A stretch of 64,000 bases of DNA from a virus, in the IMG/VR virus record IMGVR_UViG_3300029349_000001, positions 32,001-96,000 of that record; one strand, given 5' to 3'. The translations under genes and the position numbers were made by a program. This document shows, one piece after another, positions 20,618-30,686 of the stretch (position 1 is the stretch's first letter; every line of letters begins with the position of its first letter). The notes beneath the pieces were generated by a model that saw only the letters and a program-made list of their open reading frames with translations, was not told where the DNA came from and did not search any database.

Positions 20618-23600
20618 ATGGGATTAACATATCAATGGCAAGTATCAACAGATAATACAGCGACAGTATTCGTTGACTTGCAAGACGGTCCATTGGTATC
20701 TGGAACCAAGACTCAAACACTATTATTTAACAATCTAACAGTAGCTGATAATAATAAAAAATATCGCGTAATTATCGGTAGTACAGATTTTAATGTGGCT
20801 CCTGTTGTTAGTGATGCTGCTACTCTTTTCACAGCTCCCTCTATTACTTTAAGTACAATCCCAGATATAGCCACAACAGCGACAACAGCAACATTTTCTG
20901 TTAGCGGAGTAGCTAATACTGGTACTATTAGTTATCAATGGCAAAAAAGAGTACCTTGCGCCCCAACTGCTACAGAACCATGTTTTATTAATTTAGTAGA
21001 TCAAACAGGTTCCGTTAGCGGTGCTCTTACTCCAAATCTTATTTTAACTGGATTAACAGCTGCGGTACATAATAATTCTCAATACCGAGTTGTTGCCAGC
21101 GCACAGTGTTGTGGAACAACCGCCATTACACAATCATCAAATGTCGCAACACTACAAGTTGCCACACAAGGACAAACACTATTTATTACTAAAGACTTAA
21201 CAGATGCAATAATAGCAACAGACAAAACTGCTTCTTTTAATATAGAGATACAAACGACAACAACCAATTCGACACCGGTCCCAGTAACATTCGGATGGCA
21301 AAAATTAGTTGCTGGGAGTTGGGTAAATGTAACTAATAATCAACCGATACAAAGTTCAGTTATTAATCCTACATTATTGCTATACAAACAAACACTAGCT
21401 ATTACTAGTGCTATTGATAGCGAATCTTATAGAGTTGTGGTAAACGATGGAAGGTCATCCGCCACCAGCGCTACCGCAAAGAGTAAGAATCCCGCCACAT
21501 GTACTGATTGTGGAGGTAGTGGTACTGGAGATCCACACTTTTATATAGGCGGGAATTACGGCTTTGATGATAATCCGATTATTAACGGACACAAAGAAAT
21601 TGTAATGCTTTATATAAAAAACAAAAAAGACAATACCGAGCACGTATTAACTTGCAAAAATACTGGAGCTTTCGGCAAGTCTTCTCCATATAACGTAGAA
21701 AGAACTTCATATACACAATTTAAAGATGGTAAAATTGTTGGAGCCAGAGTAGACAACGGAAAAGCAGATATGATGGGTGTGGCAATGATGAACGCCGCTT
21801 CTGGACGTTTTGCTTTTACTTGGTCTGTTCTAAACCCCTCTAATATCCACAAAGCTCAAGACTTAGATATAGTTATTGGTGGTGCGTGGTATTGGATGTG
21901 CAAGTCCCTAATTCAATATCTAAAAAAGAATCCGTCTTTCATGAGTTTAGGATGGCCATATATTGGTTGGATTCATGCTGATGGCATCGGTTTGGGATTG
22001 GCTCCATATAATCTTATCAGAGAGAATTTTGAAATAGATAATTTATATCTTAAAAATAGTGGAAGTGCGAATATTGACGGTCTTTATATAGCTTCTAGCA
22101 AAGATGATAAGAATAGTACTAGATACAATAAAGACAATAGTGCATATTCCATAATTAGAGATCGCGGACTATGGCAAATCAAAACCAGGGTTCTGTCTCC
22201 TATCGCAATGACTAAAATTTCTGATACGCAATTTAGCATCAGCACATCTCGCTATATAGATGCAGAAAGTCTAAGTGTTGGCCTTGGGGTTGGTAGTAGT
22301 GCGGCTGGCGTTGTTGCTGGAAATCCTATCATATCATCTATCTCGTATAAATATCCTGCTCAAGCTATGGCGAGAGAAGATGTAGCGCCTATCACTGCTG
22401 AAATCACCGTAAGTGGTGGGCAGATTCTACAAAGCGGCTCCGTTATTTTTGGATATTTTGTAGACACCACAAACACTAGTAATAGTATTACACTACCTAA
22501 TCTCTTTACAGCTTCAGATATATATATTGGTCAAAAAATTACTATTAGCGGAGCTACATCTGCTAATACTACAATTACTAATATTAACGGGAATATATTA
22601 ACACTAAGTAGTAATTGTACTGCTACTGGTAGGTTCCCACTAGAAATTATTTATGCTGAATCTTTTGAAGACAATACTACTTCTCCAGATTTATCTGGGG
22701 GATGGTTAAAAAATAAAAATATTATTCCAGACATTAAATTATTACCATTATTATCTAGTCCAGAAGGCATATCTAAAATTGCAGAAGATATCACCGCCAA
22801 TCCTCGTTTTTGGCATGAGTTGTCTTTGGCTCTATCGGGCAAGCCTCTAGACGGAACTCCAGTAAATAGTATAGTAGCACAACCCAAAGATACTATCTCT
22901 GTCAATGGAATAGCGTCTTTTACTGTGGTTGCTGAATTGGCCAGTTCCAAATATCAGTGGCAAAAATCCACAGACAACGGAGTGTCTTGGATAGATATAG
23001 CTGGAGCTACTAATGCTACACTTGTAGTTAATGCTATTAAATCTGATAACGGATCGTTGTTCAGAGTAAAAGTTGACACTGTTCTTACCAGTAGTAGTGC
23101 TAAGTTATCTGTTCCATCTACTCTTAGAGTCCAACAAGAACCATCAAATACTAGTGCTATTAATCTACAGGCCGTATTCGGTGTTGTTGCTAGCGGAGTA
23201 CAGCCGATTACATATCAGTGGCAAAAATCCGACGATAATGGCGCAACATTCTCTAATGTGCCAAACAACAATCTACCTACCCTTACCTTGAGTAATCTTA
23301 AAGCTGAAGATGATAATGATCTATATAAAGTTTCTGTGGCCGACGGAGCCGGAGATTCCTATACATCAGCCGCTTATAAGCTCTTTATTAATCCAGTCTT
23401 AAGTATCACATCGCACCCGACTACACAAACAGCATCCGAGGAAGAAACAGCTACTTTTAGTGTTTCTGGCACTTGCAATAACGGGTTGTTTAAACACCAA
23501 TGGGAAGTATCTACCAATAATGGCGTATCATATGCGGCCGTTGGAGAACCTTCTTATTCTGGTAATTTAAATTTAAGTGGTCTCAAGATATATGATGATA

Positions 23601-25291
23601 ATAAGCTGTATAGAGTTAAGCTTATTTCTGATATAAAGAATAACTTTGTTTATTCTAGTGGTGCTAGATTATTGGTACCTAATAGTCTTACAATAGTTAC
23701 TCAGCCAGCAAATACTATATCTTCTAGCGGCAATGCAACATTTTCTGTTGGAGCAAACTCATCTCAGCCACCTCTAAGTTACCAGTGGCAGACACAAGCA
23801 CCACAGTCCAACAATTGGATAGACATAGTTTCTGGTACTGGGTCTACTTTAAATGTAACAGGACTAAGGCTCGTTGACGATAATACTAAATATAGAGTTA
23901 TATTAACAGATCAAAGAGGTTCTGTATATAGTCAACAGGCTATCGTAGACACGACACCCCAAATTTCTATCACTCAAAATATTGCTGGATATACTAGCAA
24001 TAATTATAAGCTTAACTTAACTGTTGTGGCATCTGTTTTGACCACAACACTAGAAAATACTTCTGGTAGTTTGGTATATAGTTGGGAAAAAGCAGATCCA
24101 GGATCCAATTTATTTGCCCCACTTACTGGTATTCCATCTAATCAAAATTACCTATTAGGAGATCTAAAGGTGGCAGATAGTGGAGTAAAGTATAGAGTAA
24201 AATTAAGCCTACCCGGCGCACGAGACCTATACTCCAATACTGCACAAATAGATGTGCCTCCATCAATAACTGTTAATGTCAAAACTCCATTTTTAGCAAA
24301 GACCAACTATCCCAATACGGATATTACTTTATCAATTGATGCGACAACTAAAGTTCCACCACTAAACTATCAATGGCAAAAAGCAAGCACCACAAGTAAT
24401 CTTATTAATTATCAATTCCCTAATAATGATCCTTTCTATGATAGAGTAGGACTATTTATGGAAATGAGTGGTGTTTCTGGCACGAGGGCTTTTGTGGATT
24501 CGACAGACAAAACATATATAATACCGTATAGAGATGATTCGGTATATAATCAATATGCAGATATTAAATTATCAAATTTAGATTTCAAGTCTGCTCCAAC
24601 TAGTGCTAGATTTAATGATATATACAGTCATCTTAGAGTTTTTGATAGTGGCAATAATTTGTATTTTGGTAACAAGAACTTTACTATAGAATATTGGTAC
24701 AAGCCAACTGAGTATTCTGAAATGAGTGTTGTATCTCGAAGAAAGGGTAATGTTTGGCCTGTTTACGGTAATGTGGGCTGGACTTTAAGTAGTACTCGTT
24801 TTAGAGCTAAAATAGGACAGACTTGGAGAGATGATTGGATTGATGATAATGGGAATTTATCTATTATACCAGTGAACGAATGGACACACGTAGCCTTAAC
24901 CCGCTATAATAATACATATCGTTTATTTAGAAATGGAGCTATGGTTGGCAGCTTCTTCAATAACGAGACTTTGGATGAAACATCTGGCCCTCTAGTAATT
25001 GGCACCTCAAGTTCGGTTCAAATTAATAGTACAGAGAATGGTTACAGTTTGGTGGGCTTTTTAGATAATCTAAGAATTACTGTTGGATTGGCTAGATATA
25101 CACAGAACTTTGTTCCAGATACATTAATAGATACAGACTATCAAGTAACCATAGCCAATAATAATTTTACTAATATTCCCAACGCAACAGGAACTACGCT
25201 AAAATTAGAAGGATTAACAAGCAATAATAATCTAGAACAATATAGGGTTGTTCTAACCGATCCTGTTTCGACTGTTATAGTAGAGAATTAA
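20618..25291 (+). CDS. Poly-Ig-like adhesin/fibre with GDPH motif and LamG domain
   Basis: About nine QP...(Y/H)QW(Q/E)...YRV Ig-like repeats; GDPHF; LamG (EWTHVALTR...LDNLRITVGLARY). Confidence 0.7.
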   Translation: MGLTYQWQVSTDNTATVFVDLQDGPLVSGTKTQTLLFNNLTVADNNKKYRVIIGSTDFNVAPVVSDAATLFTAPSITLSTIPDIATTATTATFSVSGVANTGTISYQWQKRVPCAPTATEPCFINLVDQTGSVSGALTPNLILTGLTAAVHNNSQYRVVASAQCCGTTAITQSSNVATLQVATQGQTLFITKDLTDAIIATDKTASFNIEIQTTTTNSTPVPVTFGWQKLVAGSWVNVTNNQPIQSSVINPTLLLYKQTLAITSAIDSESYRVVVNDGRSSATSATAKSKNPATCTDCGGSGTGDPHFYIGGNYGFDDNPIINGHKEIVMLYIKNKKDNTEHVLTCKNTGAFGKSSPYNVERTSYTQFKDGKIVGARVDNGKADMMGVAMMNAASGRFAFTWSVLNPSNIHKAQDLDIVIGGAWYWMCKSLIQYLKKNPSFMSLGWPYIGWIHADGIGLGLAPYNLIRENFEIDNLYLKNSGSANIDGLYIASSKDDKNSTRYNKDNSAYSIIRDRGLWQIKTRVLSPIAMTKISDTQFSISTSRYIDAESLSVGLGVGSSAAGVVAGNPIISSISYKYPAQAMAREDVAPITAEITVSGGQILQSGSVIFGYFVDTTNTSNSITLPNLFTASDIYIGQKITISGATSANTTITNINGNILTLSSNCTATGRFPLEIIYAESFEDNTTSPDLSGGWLKNKNIIPDIKLLPLLSSPEGISKIAEDITANPRFWHELSLALSGKPLDGTPVNSIVAQPKDTISVNGIASFTVVAELASSKYQWQKSTDNGVSWIDIAGATNATLVVNAIKSDNGSLFRVKVDTVLTSSSAKLSVPSTLRVQQEPSNTSAINLQAVFGVVASGVQPITYQWQKSDDNGATFSNVPNNNLPTLTLSNLKAEDDNDLYKVSVADGAGDSYTSAAYKLFINPVLSITSHPTTQTASEEETATFSVSGTCNNGLFKHQWEVSTNNGVSYAAVGEPSYSGNLNLSGLKIYDDNKLYRVKLISDIKNNFVYSSGARLLVPNSLTIVTQPANTISSSGNATFSVGANSSQPPLSYQWQTQAPQSNNWIDIVSGTGSTLNVTGLRLVDDNTKYRVILTDQRGSVYSQQAIVDTTPQISITQNIAGYTSNNYKLNLTVVASVLTTTLENTSGSLVYSWEKADPGSNLFAPLTGIPSNQNYLLGDLKVADSGVKYRVKLSLPGARDLYSNTAQIDVPPSITVNVKTPFLAKTNYPNTDITLSIDATTKVPPLNYQWQKASTTSNLINYQFPNNDPFYDRVGLFMEMSGVSGTRAFVDSTDKTYIIPYRDDSVYNQYADIKLSNLDFKSAPTSARFNDIYSHLRVFDSGNNLYFGNKNFTIEYWYKPTEYSEMSVVSRRKGNVWPVYGNVGWTLSSTRFRAKIGQTWRDDWIDDNGNLSIIPVNEWTHVALTRYNNTYRLFRNGAMVGSFFNNETLDETSGPLVIGTSSSVQINSTENGYSLVGFLDNLRITVGLARYTQNFVPDTLIDTDYQVTIANNNFTNIPNATGTTLKLEGLTSNNNLEQYRVVLTDPVSTVIVEN

Positions 25292-25295
25292 TCAC

Positions 25296-28200
25296 ATGAC
25301 ACAAATTTATACATCTAATACTGTTTTAGTCAAAGCAAAAGCGCCTATTGTTAATTTTTCTGAAGGCGACTCCGCGACATTAGTAGCTGATATTAGTATT
25401 ATATGGATCAACCCAAGCTCGGCACAAAGGTTTTTGACTCATAAATGGCAAGAGTCCAATGACGGAGGAGTAACCTGGAGAGATATTAGCTCAGGTATTG
25501 CGGACCATCCACTATCAACAAATAATATAGCTCCAACCAAAACCGTATCTTTGCTCGATAATCAACTTGCAGATCTAGAATTATCAGAGTTTAATATTGC
25601 CAAAACTAAGCCAATAGTAGCTTCTCTCACCATCGATAACGTACTATTAAGTCAAGATAATTATTTATACAGATGCATAGTGTTGTTATATAACAATGAT
25701 ATTAATACAATTGAGAGTGCTGGTACTAGTGAAAATATTTTCCTCAATATTTCAGAGAAAAAAACAGGTCATTTATTACCTAATTTTGATATTCCTTGGG
25801 ATCCTATGAATCCTCGTGGAGTAATCAAATCTGGAAATCTTAAGTTTGATCAAAACACTAAGATAGAGTTATTTAAGCTTACAAAAGATGCTTGTGGTTC
25901 TCAGTGGAGAATTATAGAGGTAGGCTATGGAACTCAGTATATCAACGGCAATATCACTAATGGTATGCCAGTAGGCTTACCCAAAACTTATGGCCCCAAC
26001 GATCAAACATATCCGGGCTATATGGAATTACAGTTTTATTGTAATAATAGTTGGGTAACACAGGAATCTTGGATATCTTTAGTGGGCAATGATGAACACG
26101 TATTTGAAAAATATGGACCAATATCTCCAGTAACCGTATCTATCAACGGAGAAGCTTTAGTTAGTCAAACATCTTTAGGTACGAAAGATAATCCTTTAGT
26201 TATTAAACCAACACCCGGTGCAACAGGAGGTTCGTCTCTAGATGTTACTGGTGTTTCAGATAATAGCACCGTATCTGTATCATGGAATGGAACAGCCCTA
26301 GGGTATAGTAACACATTAGGTATCCAACAAGCTGGAACACAAACCATAACCGTACCATCATCCTTCGTTCTGCCTGTACAAGTTACTATTACAGGAGGAT
26401 GTGATGATGACTTGGTAGTTAATGGTCAGGTTATTAATCAGAATAATTTAGCTGATAATGTTAACTATACTTTTACTTGTGAGACCAGAACATTTACTGT
26501 AAGTGTTTACAATGCTATGGCTGGCGGTACTGCTTATGACTATAATATTTCTTTTGCTGGGACTCAAAGCGCTAATAGTGCTGTTTCCGCTATTAGGTCT
26601 GACACTACTAATATTTTAACAATATCACAAGCTTCAGAAACTAAAAATGTAAGTGTTAATAGCAATAATAATAATTGGACCGAGGCTGGTATTAATGTAC
26701 AAGAAGGATCTAGACTGTTTATATCTGCTACTGGCAGCATACAGTGGTCTACTAATAATTTTAGCAGTCCTTCTGGTGTTGGTTCTGGTAATGCTGTTTT
26801 ATATAGCGGCATTCCCCAATCAGCTTTAGTTGGAAGAATAGGAACAACTGGAACGCCATTTTATATAGGAGATTACTATAATAGCTTTGCTAATGGTAGT
26901 GGTCCTCTATTCTTGTCTGTCAATGATAGTAATAAGAATGATAATTCTGGATCATATGCGTCTATCATAAAATATGCAACACCAGATCCTTTGGGCATTA
27001 AAGTTACAACATTGAATTCTGAGCCTTATGATTCTACCATTCAAGACCTAGATTTTTCCAAGGTGAGCTTATTATTAAAATCCGATAATGACTCATTAAA
27101 TGATGTTTCGGCCAAGCCAAAATCTTTTACTAGTACCAACGTTAGTTTTAGTAGTCAGATAAATACTTTTGGTGGTTATTCTGCATACTATGGAGACAGT
27201 GGATATTCTGTAGCTAATTCCGATAGTTCTCTAGGATTCTCTGGTGATTTTACTATTGAAGGATGGTTTTATTTCTCTAAGAATAATGTTGGATACCAGG
27301 GTTTAGTTTCCACATATAGAACCGGAGACATTAGTGGATGGATATTGGTTTTAGAGAGTAATAACACTTTAAGATTTTACGCTACTAATGCTAATATTAC
27401 TTGGTATTGGCCCCTATCTATATCTTCTAATTATACTCCGCCAACAGAGAAATGGACATATATTGTTGTACAAAGACTTGGTTCCTCTGTGAAGATGTTT
27501 GCTGATGGAGTAGAAGTTGGATCAACTTCTAATAATCTGGATATAACAAGCGGCTCCAAGATAGAAGTAGGCGGTTATCAATACTTTCCGGGTGGACGTA
27601 GATCATTACAAGGATATGTTGACGAAGTTAGAATTACTAAAGGATTGGCCAGATATCCACAGAGCAACCCGCCACTACCAAACAAACCCTTTCCGAAACG
27701 ATCATATAGTGCTACACAAATAATAGATATCTCTGGTAGTCAGAAATCAGCCACTCCAGTATACGATAGTAACGGAAATTTTCTTTACTACGAATTTAAC
27801 TCCAAGAATAGTTACATAGGTCCGTACAACGAGCCTGGACAGCTTAGTTTGGTTTATGGGTATGTTTCTGGCTCTCCGATAGTCGCACAGACACCGGCAG
27901 AAGGATATTTCCAAGCTTTTGATGGCAGTGATAGATATTTCAGAAAACTTGGGGTTTATGATTTAGATTGCTGTTATATGGGTGGCTACACACCAGATGA
28001 CGGATACTATATATTATCCAGGAGAGCTGACGGTCAGTATGTAGTATCAGAAAGCGTTAGATGGTATGCTGCTAATGGATATGCTGTTGGAACCATAGTG
28101 CCATATCCTCCTCAAATTAATCAAGTAGGAGATAATGGACATCCTAATAATAGCGCATCATGGAGATCGTGGAGTTGGAGTAATTCGTGCTGTAATAATG

Positions 28201-29654
28201 ATGGTACTAAAAATTATTTTGAATTAACAGATGAGGTTCTCACCCCATTAACCCCAACACCTACTGTTACTCCAACAAGTATAACACCAACACCCACTCC
28301 TACAGTAACATCAACGGTAACAGCAACACCAACCATTACTCCGTCTGTTACCACTTCATCTTTACCTCCTGCTTTTGATACTCTATATAGTGATGTTGTA
28401 TTATTGATGAATATGTCTGGAACTAATAATAGTAAAAATATTATTGATTCATCATTATTGAATAATACTATTGTTGCTACTGGTAATGCTGCTATTTCTA
28501 CCTCTCAAAGCAGATTCGGAGGATCAAGTCTATTAGTACCAGAAGCAACATCTAGTCGCAATGCAATATATTTGTCAGCTTCTAATAATTTTAATTTTGG
28601 TTCTGGTAATTTTTCTGTAGAATTTTGGCTTAGACAGAACAGCACTCCGCAATCTGGTTCTCGCGTGTTTCAAACTAGCGAAAACAACGATACTACTTCT
28701 GGTGTGGATATTTATTATCCAACCAATAGTAATTCTTTATTAGCAAAACTATCAGATAATAGTAATAATACTGTGGTATTATCTATGGGGGCCACAGATA
28801 CATCAGTGTGGAATCATTATGCTCTAGTAAGAAATAACCACAATATCATTACATATAGAAATGGTGTTCAGGTAGCCTCGCAATATGCAGTAATGAATTT
28901 ATCAAACTCTTCTGGTAATGTGGTTATCGGAGGCAATGCTACAACCGGTCCAAATAGATCAATTAATGCTTACATAGATGACATGAGAGTTACTAAGGCG
29001 TCAAGATATACTAGTAATTTTACTAGTCCGGTATTTCAGTTAGTTAATGCTGGACCGCCAGTTACTCCATCAAATACTGCAACTCCAACCAATACGCCCA
29101 CAGTCACAGTCACACCAACATTAACAGCATCAAATACTCCTACACCTACTGTTAGTGCAAGTGTAGGATTTATATCATCGCCAACACCCACTTCCACAGT
29201 AACTTCTACGGCGACACCAACCTCTTCGCCTCCAGCGCCGCAAGCGTTAACATTTTCTGCTCTTCAGGCTGGGTGTGACCCAAGATGGCAGCTAGGCAAT
29301 ATTCCAGCCAATACCACATCTTTAAGATTGACCTCTTCTGGTTCACATCGCGGTGGTGCGTTTAGTAATATTGTGTCAACATTCCCGATTGATACTAATA
29401 GTACACAAATTATAACTGGTCCTACGAATAACTCTTGGAGTATACATATTTCCCACTTCGGAGCCTCTTTGCCGGGTGGTTCGGCTCCCGGAGCATCCAT
29501 AAGAGGATATTTTGATACCGGGACGCGGGAGGGCAGCAATTTTTGGAATACGGAACACAACTTTACGGCAAGAATAGAAGCGCTAGATGTGAGCAATAAT
29601 GTGATAGGCATTATAAACAATACTAGTTGGATTAAAGACGATTGCGACGACTAA
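25296..29654 (+). CDS. Adhesin/fibre with Ig-like, LecA-like lectin and two LamG domains
   Basis: Ig-like HKWQ...YRC; W..AGI.V..G...ALVGRIG...L.VND...DNSG lectin-like segment; two LamG copies; PT tracts. Confidence 0.68.
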   Translation: MTQIYTSNTVLVKAKAPIVNFSEGDSATLVADISIIWINPSSAQRFLTHKWQESNDGGVTWRDISSGIADHPLSTNNIAPTKTVSLLDNQLADLELSEFNIAKTKPIVASLTIDNVLLSQDNYLYRCIVLLYNNDINTIESAGTSENIFLNISEKKTGHLLPNFDIPWDPMNPRGVIKSGNLKFDQNTKIELFKLTKDACGSQWRIIEVGYGTQYINGNITNGMPVGLPKTYGPNDQTYPGYMELQFYCNNSWVTQESWISLVGNDEHVFEKYGPISPVTVSINGEALVSQTSLGTKDNPLVIKPTPGATGGSSLDVTGVSDNSTVSVSWNGTALGYSNTLGIQQAGTQTITVPSSFVLPVQVTITGGCDDDLVVNGQVINQNNLADNVNYTFTCETRTFTVSVYNAMAGGTAYDYNISFAGTQSANSAVSAIRSDTTNILTISQASETKNVSVNSNNNNWTEAGINVQEGSRLFISATGSIQWSTNNFSSPSGVGSGNAVLYSGIPQSALVGRIGTTGTPFYIGDYYNSFANGSGPLFLSVNDSNKNDNSGSYASIIKYATPDPLGIKVTTLNSEPYDSTIQDLDFSKVSLLLKSDNDSLNDVSAKPKSFTSTNVSFSSQINTFGGYSAYYGDSGYSVANSDSSLGFSGDFTIEGWFYFSKNNVGYQGLVSTYRTGDISGWILVLESNNTLRFYATNANITWYWPLSISSNYTPPTEKWTYIVVQRLGSSVKMFADGVEVGSTSNNLDITSGSKIEVGGYQYFPGGRRSLQGYVDEVRITKGLARYPQSNPPLPNKPFPKRSYSATQIIDISGSQKSATPVYDSNGNFLYYEFNSKNSYIGPYNEPGQLSLVYGYVSGSPIVAQTPAEGYFQAFDGSDRYFRKLGVYDLDCCYMGGYTPDDGYYILSRRADGQYVVSESVRWYAANGYAVGTIVPYPPQINQVGDNGHPNNSASWRSWSWSNSCCNNDGTKNYFELTDEVLTPLTPTPTVTPTSITPTPTPTVTSTVTATPTITPSVTTSSLPPAFDTLYSDVVLLMNMSGTNNSKNIIDSSLLNNTIVATGNAAISTSQSRFGGSSLLVPEATSSRNAIYLSASNNFNFGSGNFSVEFWLRQNSTPQSGSRVFQTSENNDTTSGVDIYYPTNSNSLLAKLSDNSNNTVVLSMGATDTSVWNHYALVRNNHNIITYRNGVQVASQYAVMNLSNSSGNVVIGGNATTGPNRSINAYIDDMRVTKASRYTSNFTSPVFQLVNAGPPVTPSNTATPTNTPTVTVTPTLTASNTPTPTVSASVGFISSPTPTSTVTSTATPTSSPPAPQALTFSALQAGCDPRWQLGNIPANTTSLRLTSSGSHRGGAFSNIVSTFPIDTNSTQIITGPTNNSWSIHISHFGASLPGGSAPGASIRGYFDTGTREGSNFWNTEHNFTARIEALDVSNNVIGIINNTSWIKDDCDD

Positions 29655-29655
29655 T

Positions 29656-30054
29656 ATGAGAACACTATCAACCATACCACTTAGGAGCAATAAGCACTGC
29701 CGCCGTCTTGATGCTCCAGATTTCTTGTTTGAAAAACCACTTACTGGAGGATTTGAATATCAAAAAGGAGACCAACAACAATGGCACACTAATTGGAGCA
29801 ATCCCGGAGCAAGATGTTATTTGGTTTGGAGTGAAACGGGGGACAGCGGTATGAGATTTATATTAAATGGAGAAGTCTGGACAAGCCAAGATCTTCCTGG
29901 CTGGCAATATAGAATATTTAATATACCACAACCTCATTGTGTATTTGCAAATTGTCATCGTAAAAGTTTTGGCTGGTGGGTTCCGCACACAGACAAAGAA
30001 ATACTCTTACCAATAGGACTTAAAAATGCTGAAGATGTACTACAGTTTGCCTAA
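29656..30054 (+). CDS. Small double-stranded beta-helix (2OG-Fe(II) oxygenase-like) protein
   Basis: WHTN...WSETGDSG.RF...QD.PGW...HCV...R.SFG pattern, similar to oxygenase-like proteins of large aquatic phages; HxN in place of HxD. Confidence 0.45.
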   Translation: MRTLSTIPLRSNKHCRRLDAPDFLFEKPLTGGFEYQKGDQQQWHTNWSNPGARCYLVWSETGDSGMRFILNGEVWTSQDLPGWQYRIFNIPQPHCVFANCHRKSFGWWVPHTDKEILLPIGLKNAEDVLQFA

Positions 30055-30595
30055 CGGAAAGAGCTTTGCTCACGTTAGCAGAAGTTGCACAAGCACATTA
30101 GCCGCTCATGCTTTAAAAAACTTTTGGCCAGAAAAGTATGAACAGTTTATCCAACAAGAAAATAGTGCTAACTCTCCACAAACCTTTATGCAAGAAACTT
30201 GGGCTAGTAGGTTGGCCCCACATTGTTTGGTGATGGTTAGAAATCCTATAGATAGACTAAATAGCCTAATTTCTAGAAACCTATACCCCCTAGAGACGGT
30301 AGAAGCTGTTTTGTCCGCTTGTCATAGATGTTTAATCACGACCAGAGATGTATCAAAAACAATAGATATTGTTAAATTTCATCATATTTCTCCAGTGTGT
30401 TGGATTGCTGATAATGATAGTACTTTCTGTTTATTTCCAGACGTTAAAAAAGCATGTGCAATGTTGGATATGGAATATTATCCGGACATTCATGAGAATG
30501 CACTGCAAAATCAACGCAATGAACATATTCCCAACGAATGGATGTCTTATCTACAAGATAGCATAGGGTTGTGGGAAGCCCTAAGTAAAAATTGA
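30026..30595 (+). CDS. Sulfotransferase-like protein (Sulfotransfer_2-like, divergent)
   Basis: FAHVSRSCTSTL resembles the 5'-PSB loop (F.HIPK..STS); VRNPIDRLNS resembles the 3'-PB motif; start may be 30035. Confidence 0.5.
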   Translation: MLKMYYSLPNGKSFAHVSRSCTSTLAAHALKNFWPEKYEQFIQQENSANSPQTFMQETWASRLAPHCLVMVRNPIDRLNSLISRNLYPLETVEAVLSACHRCLITTRDVSKTIDIVKFHHISPVCWIADNDSTFCLFPDVKKACAMLDMEYYPDIHENALQNQRNEHIPNEWMSYLQDSIGLWEALSKN

Positions 30596-30647
30596 TATAT
30601 AATAATTAATGGGTCAATTGCTGATTGGTTTTACAAAAGGAGTAATT

Positions 30648-30665
30648 GGTGTATTTCTTTATAGT
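30648..30665 (+). promoter_or_regulatory. Putative late-promoter motif
   Basis: GGTGTATTTCTTTATAGT before GAGG RBS. Confidence 0.45.
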
Positions 30666-30686
30666 CATAAACTTTAGAGGTGTGTA

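Noticed and set aside
25281-25298. TAGAGAAT 8-mer identical to the dnaE gap at the 20618/25296 junction
   Set aside because: The TAG is out of frame, and there is no complementary arm or matched codon pair; probably chance in AT-rich DNA
30609-30677. 22-aa ORF MGQLLIGFTKGVIGVFLYSHKL in an intergenic gap
   Set aside because: No RBS, overlaps the promoter-like motif, too short to support
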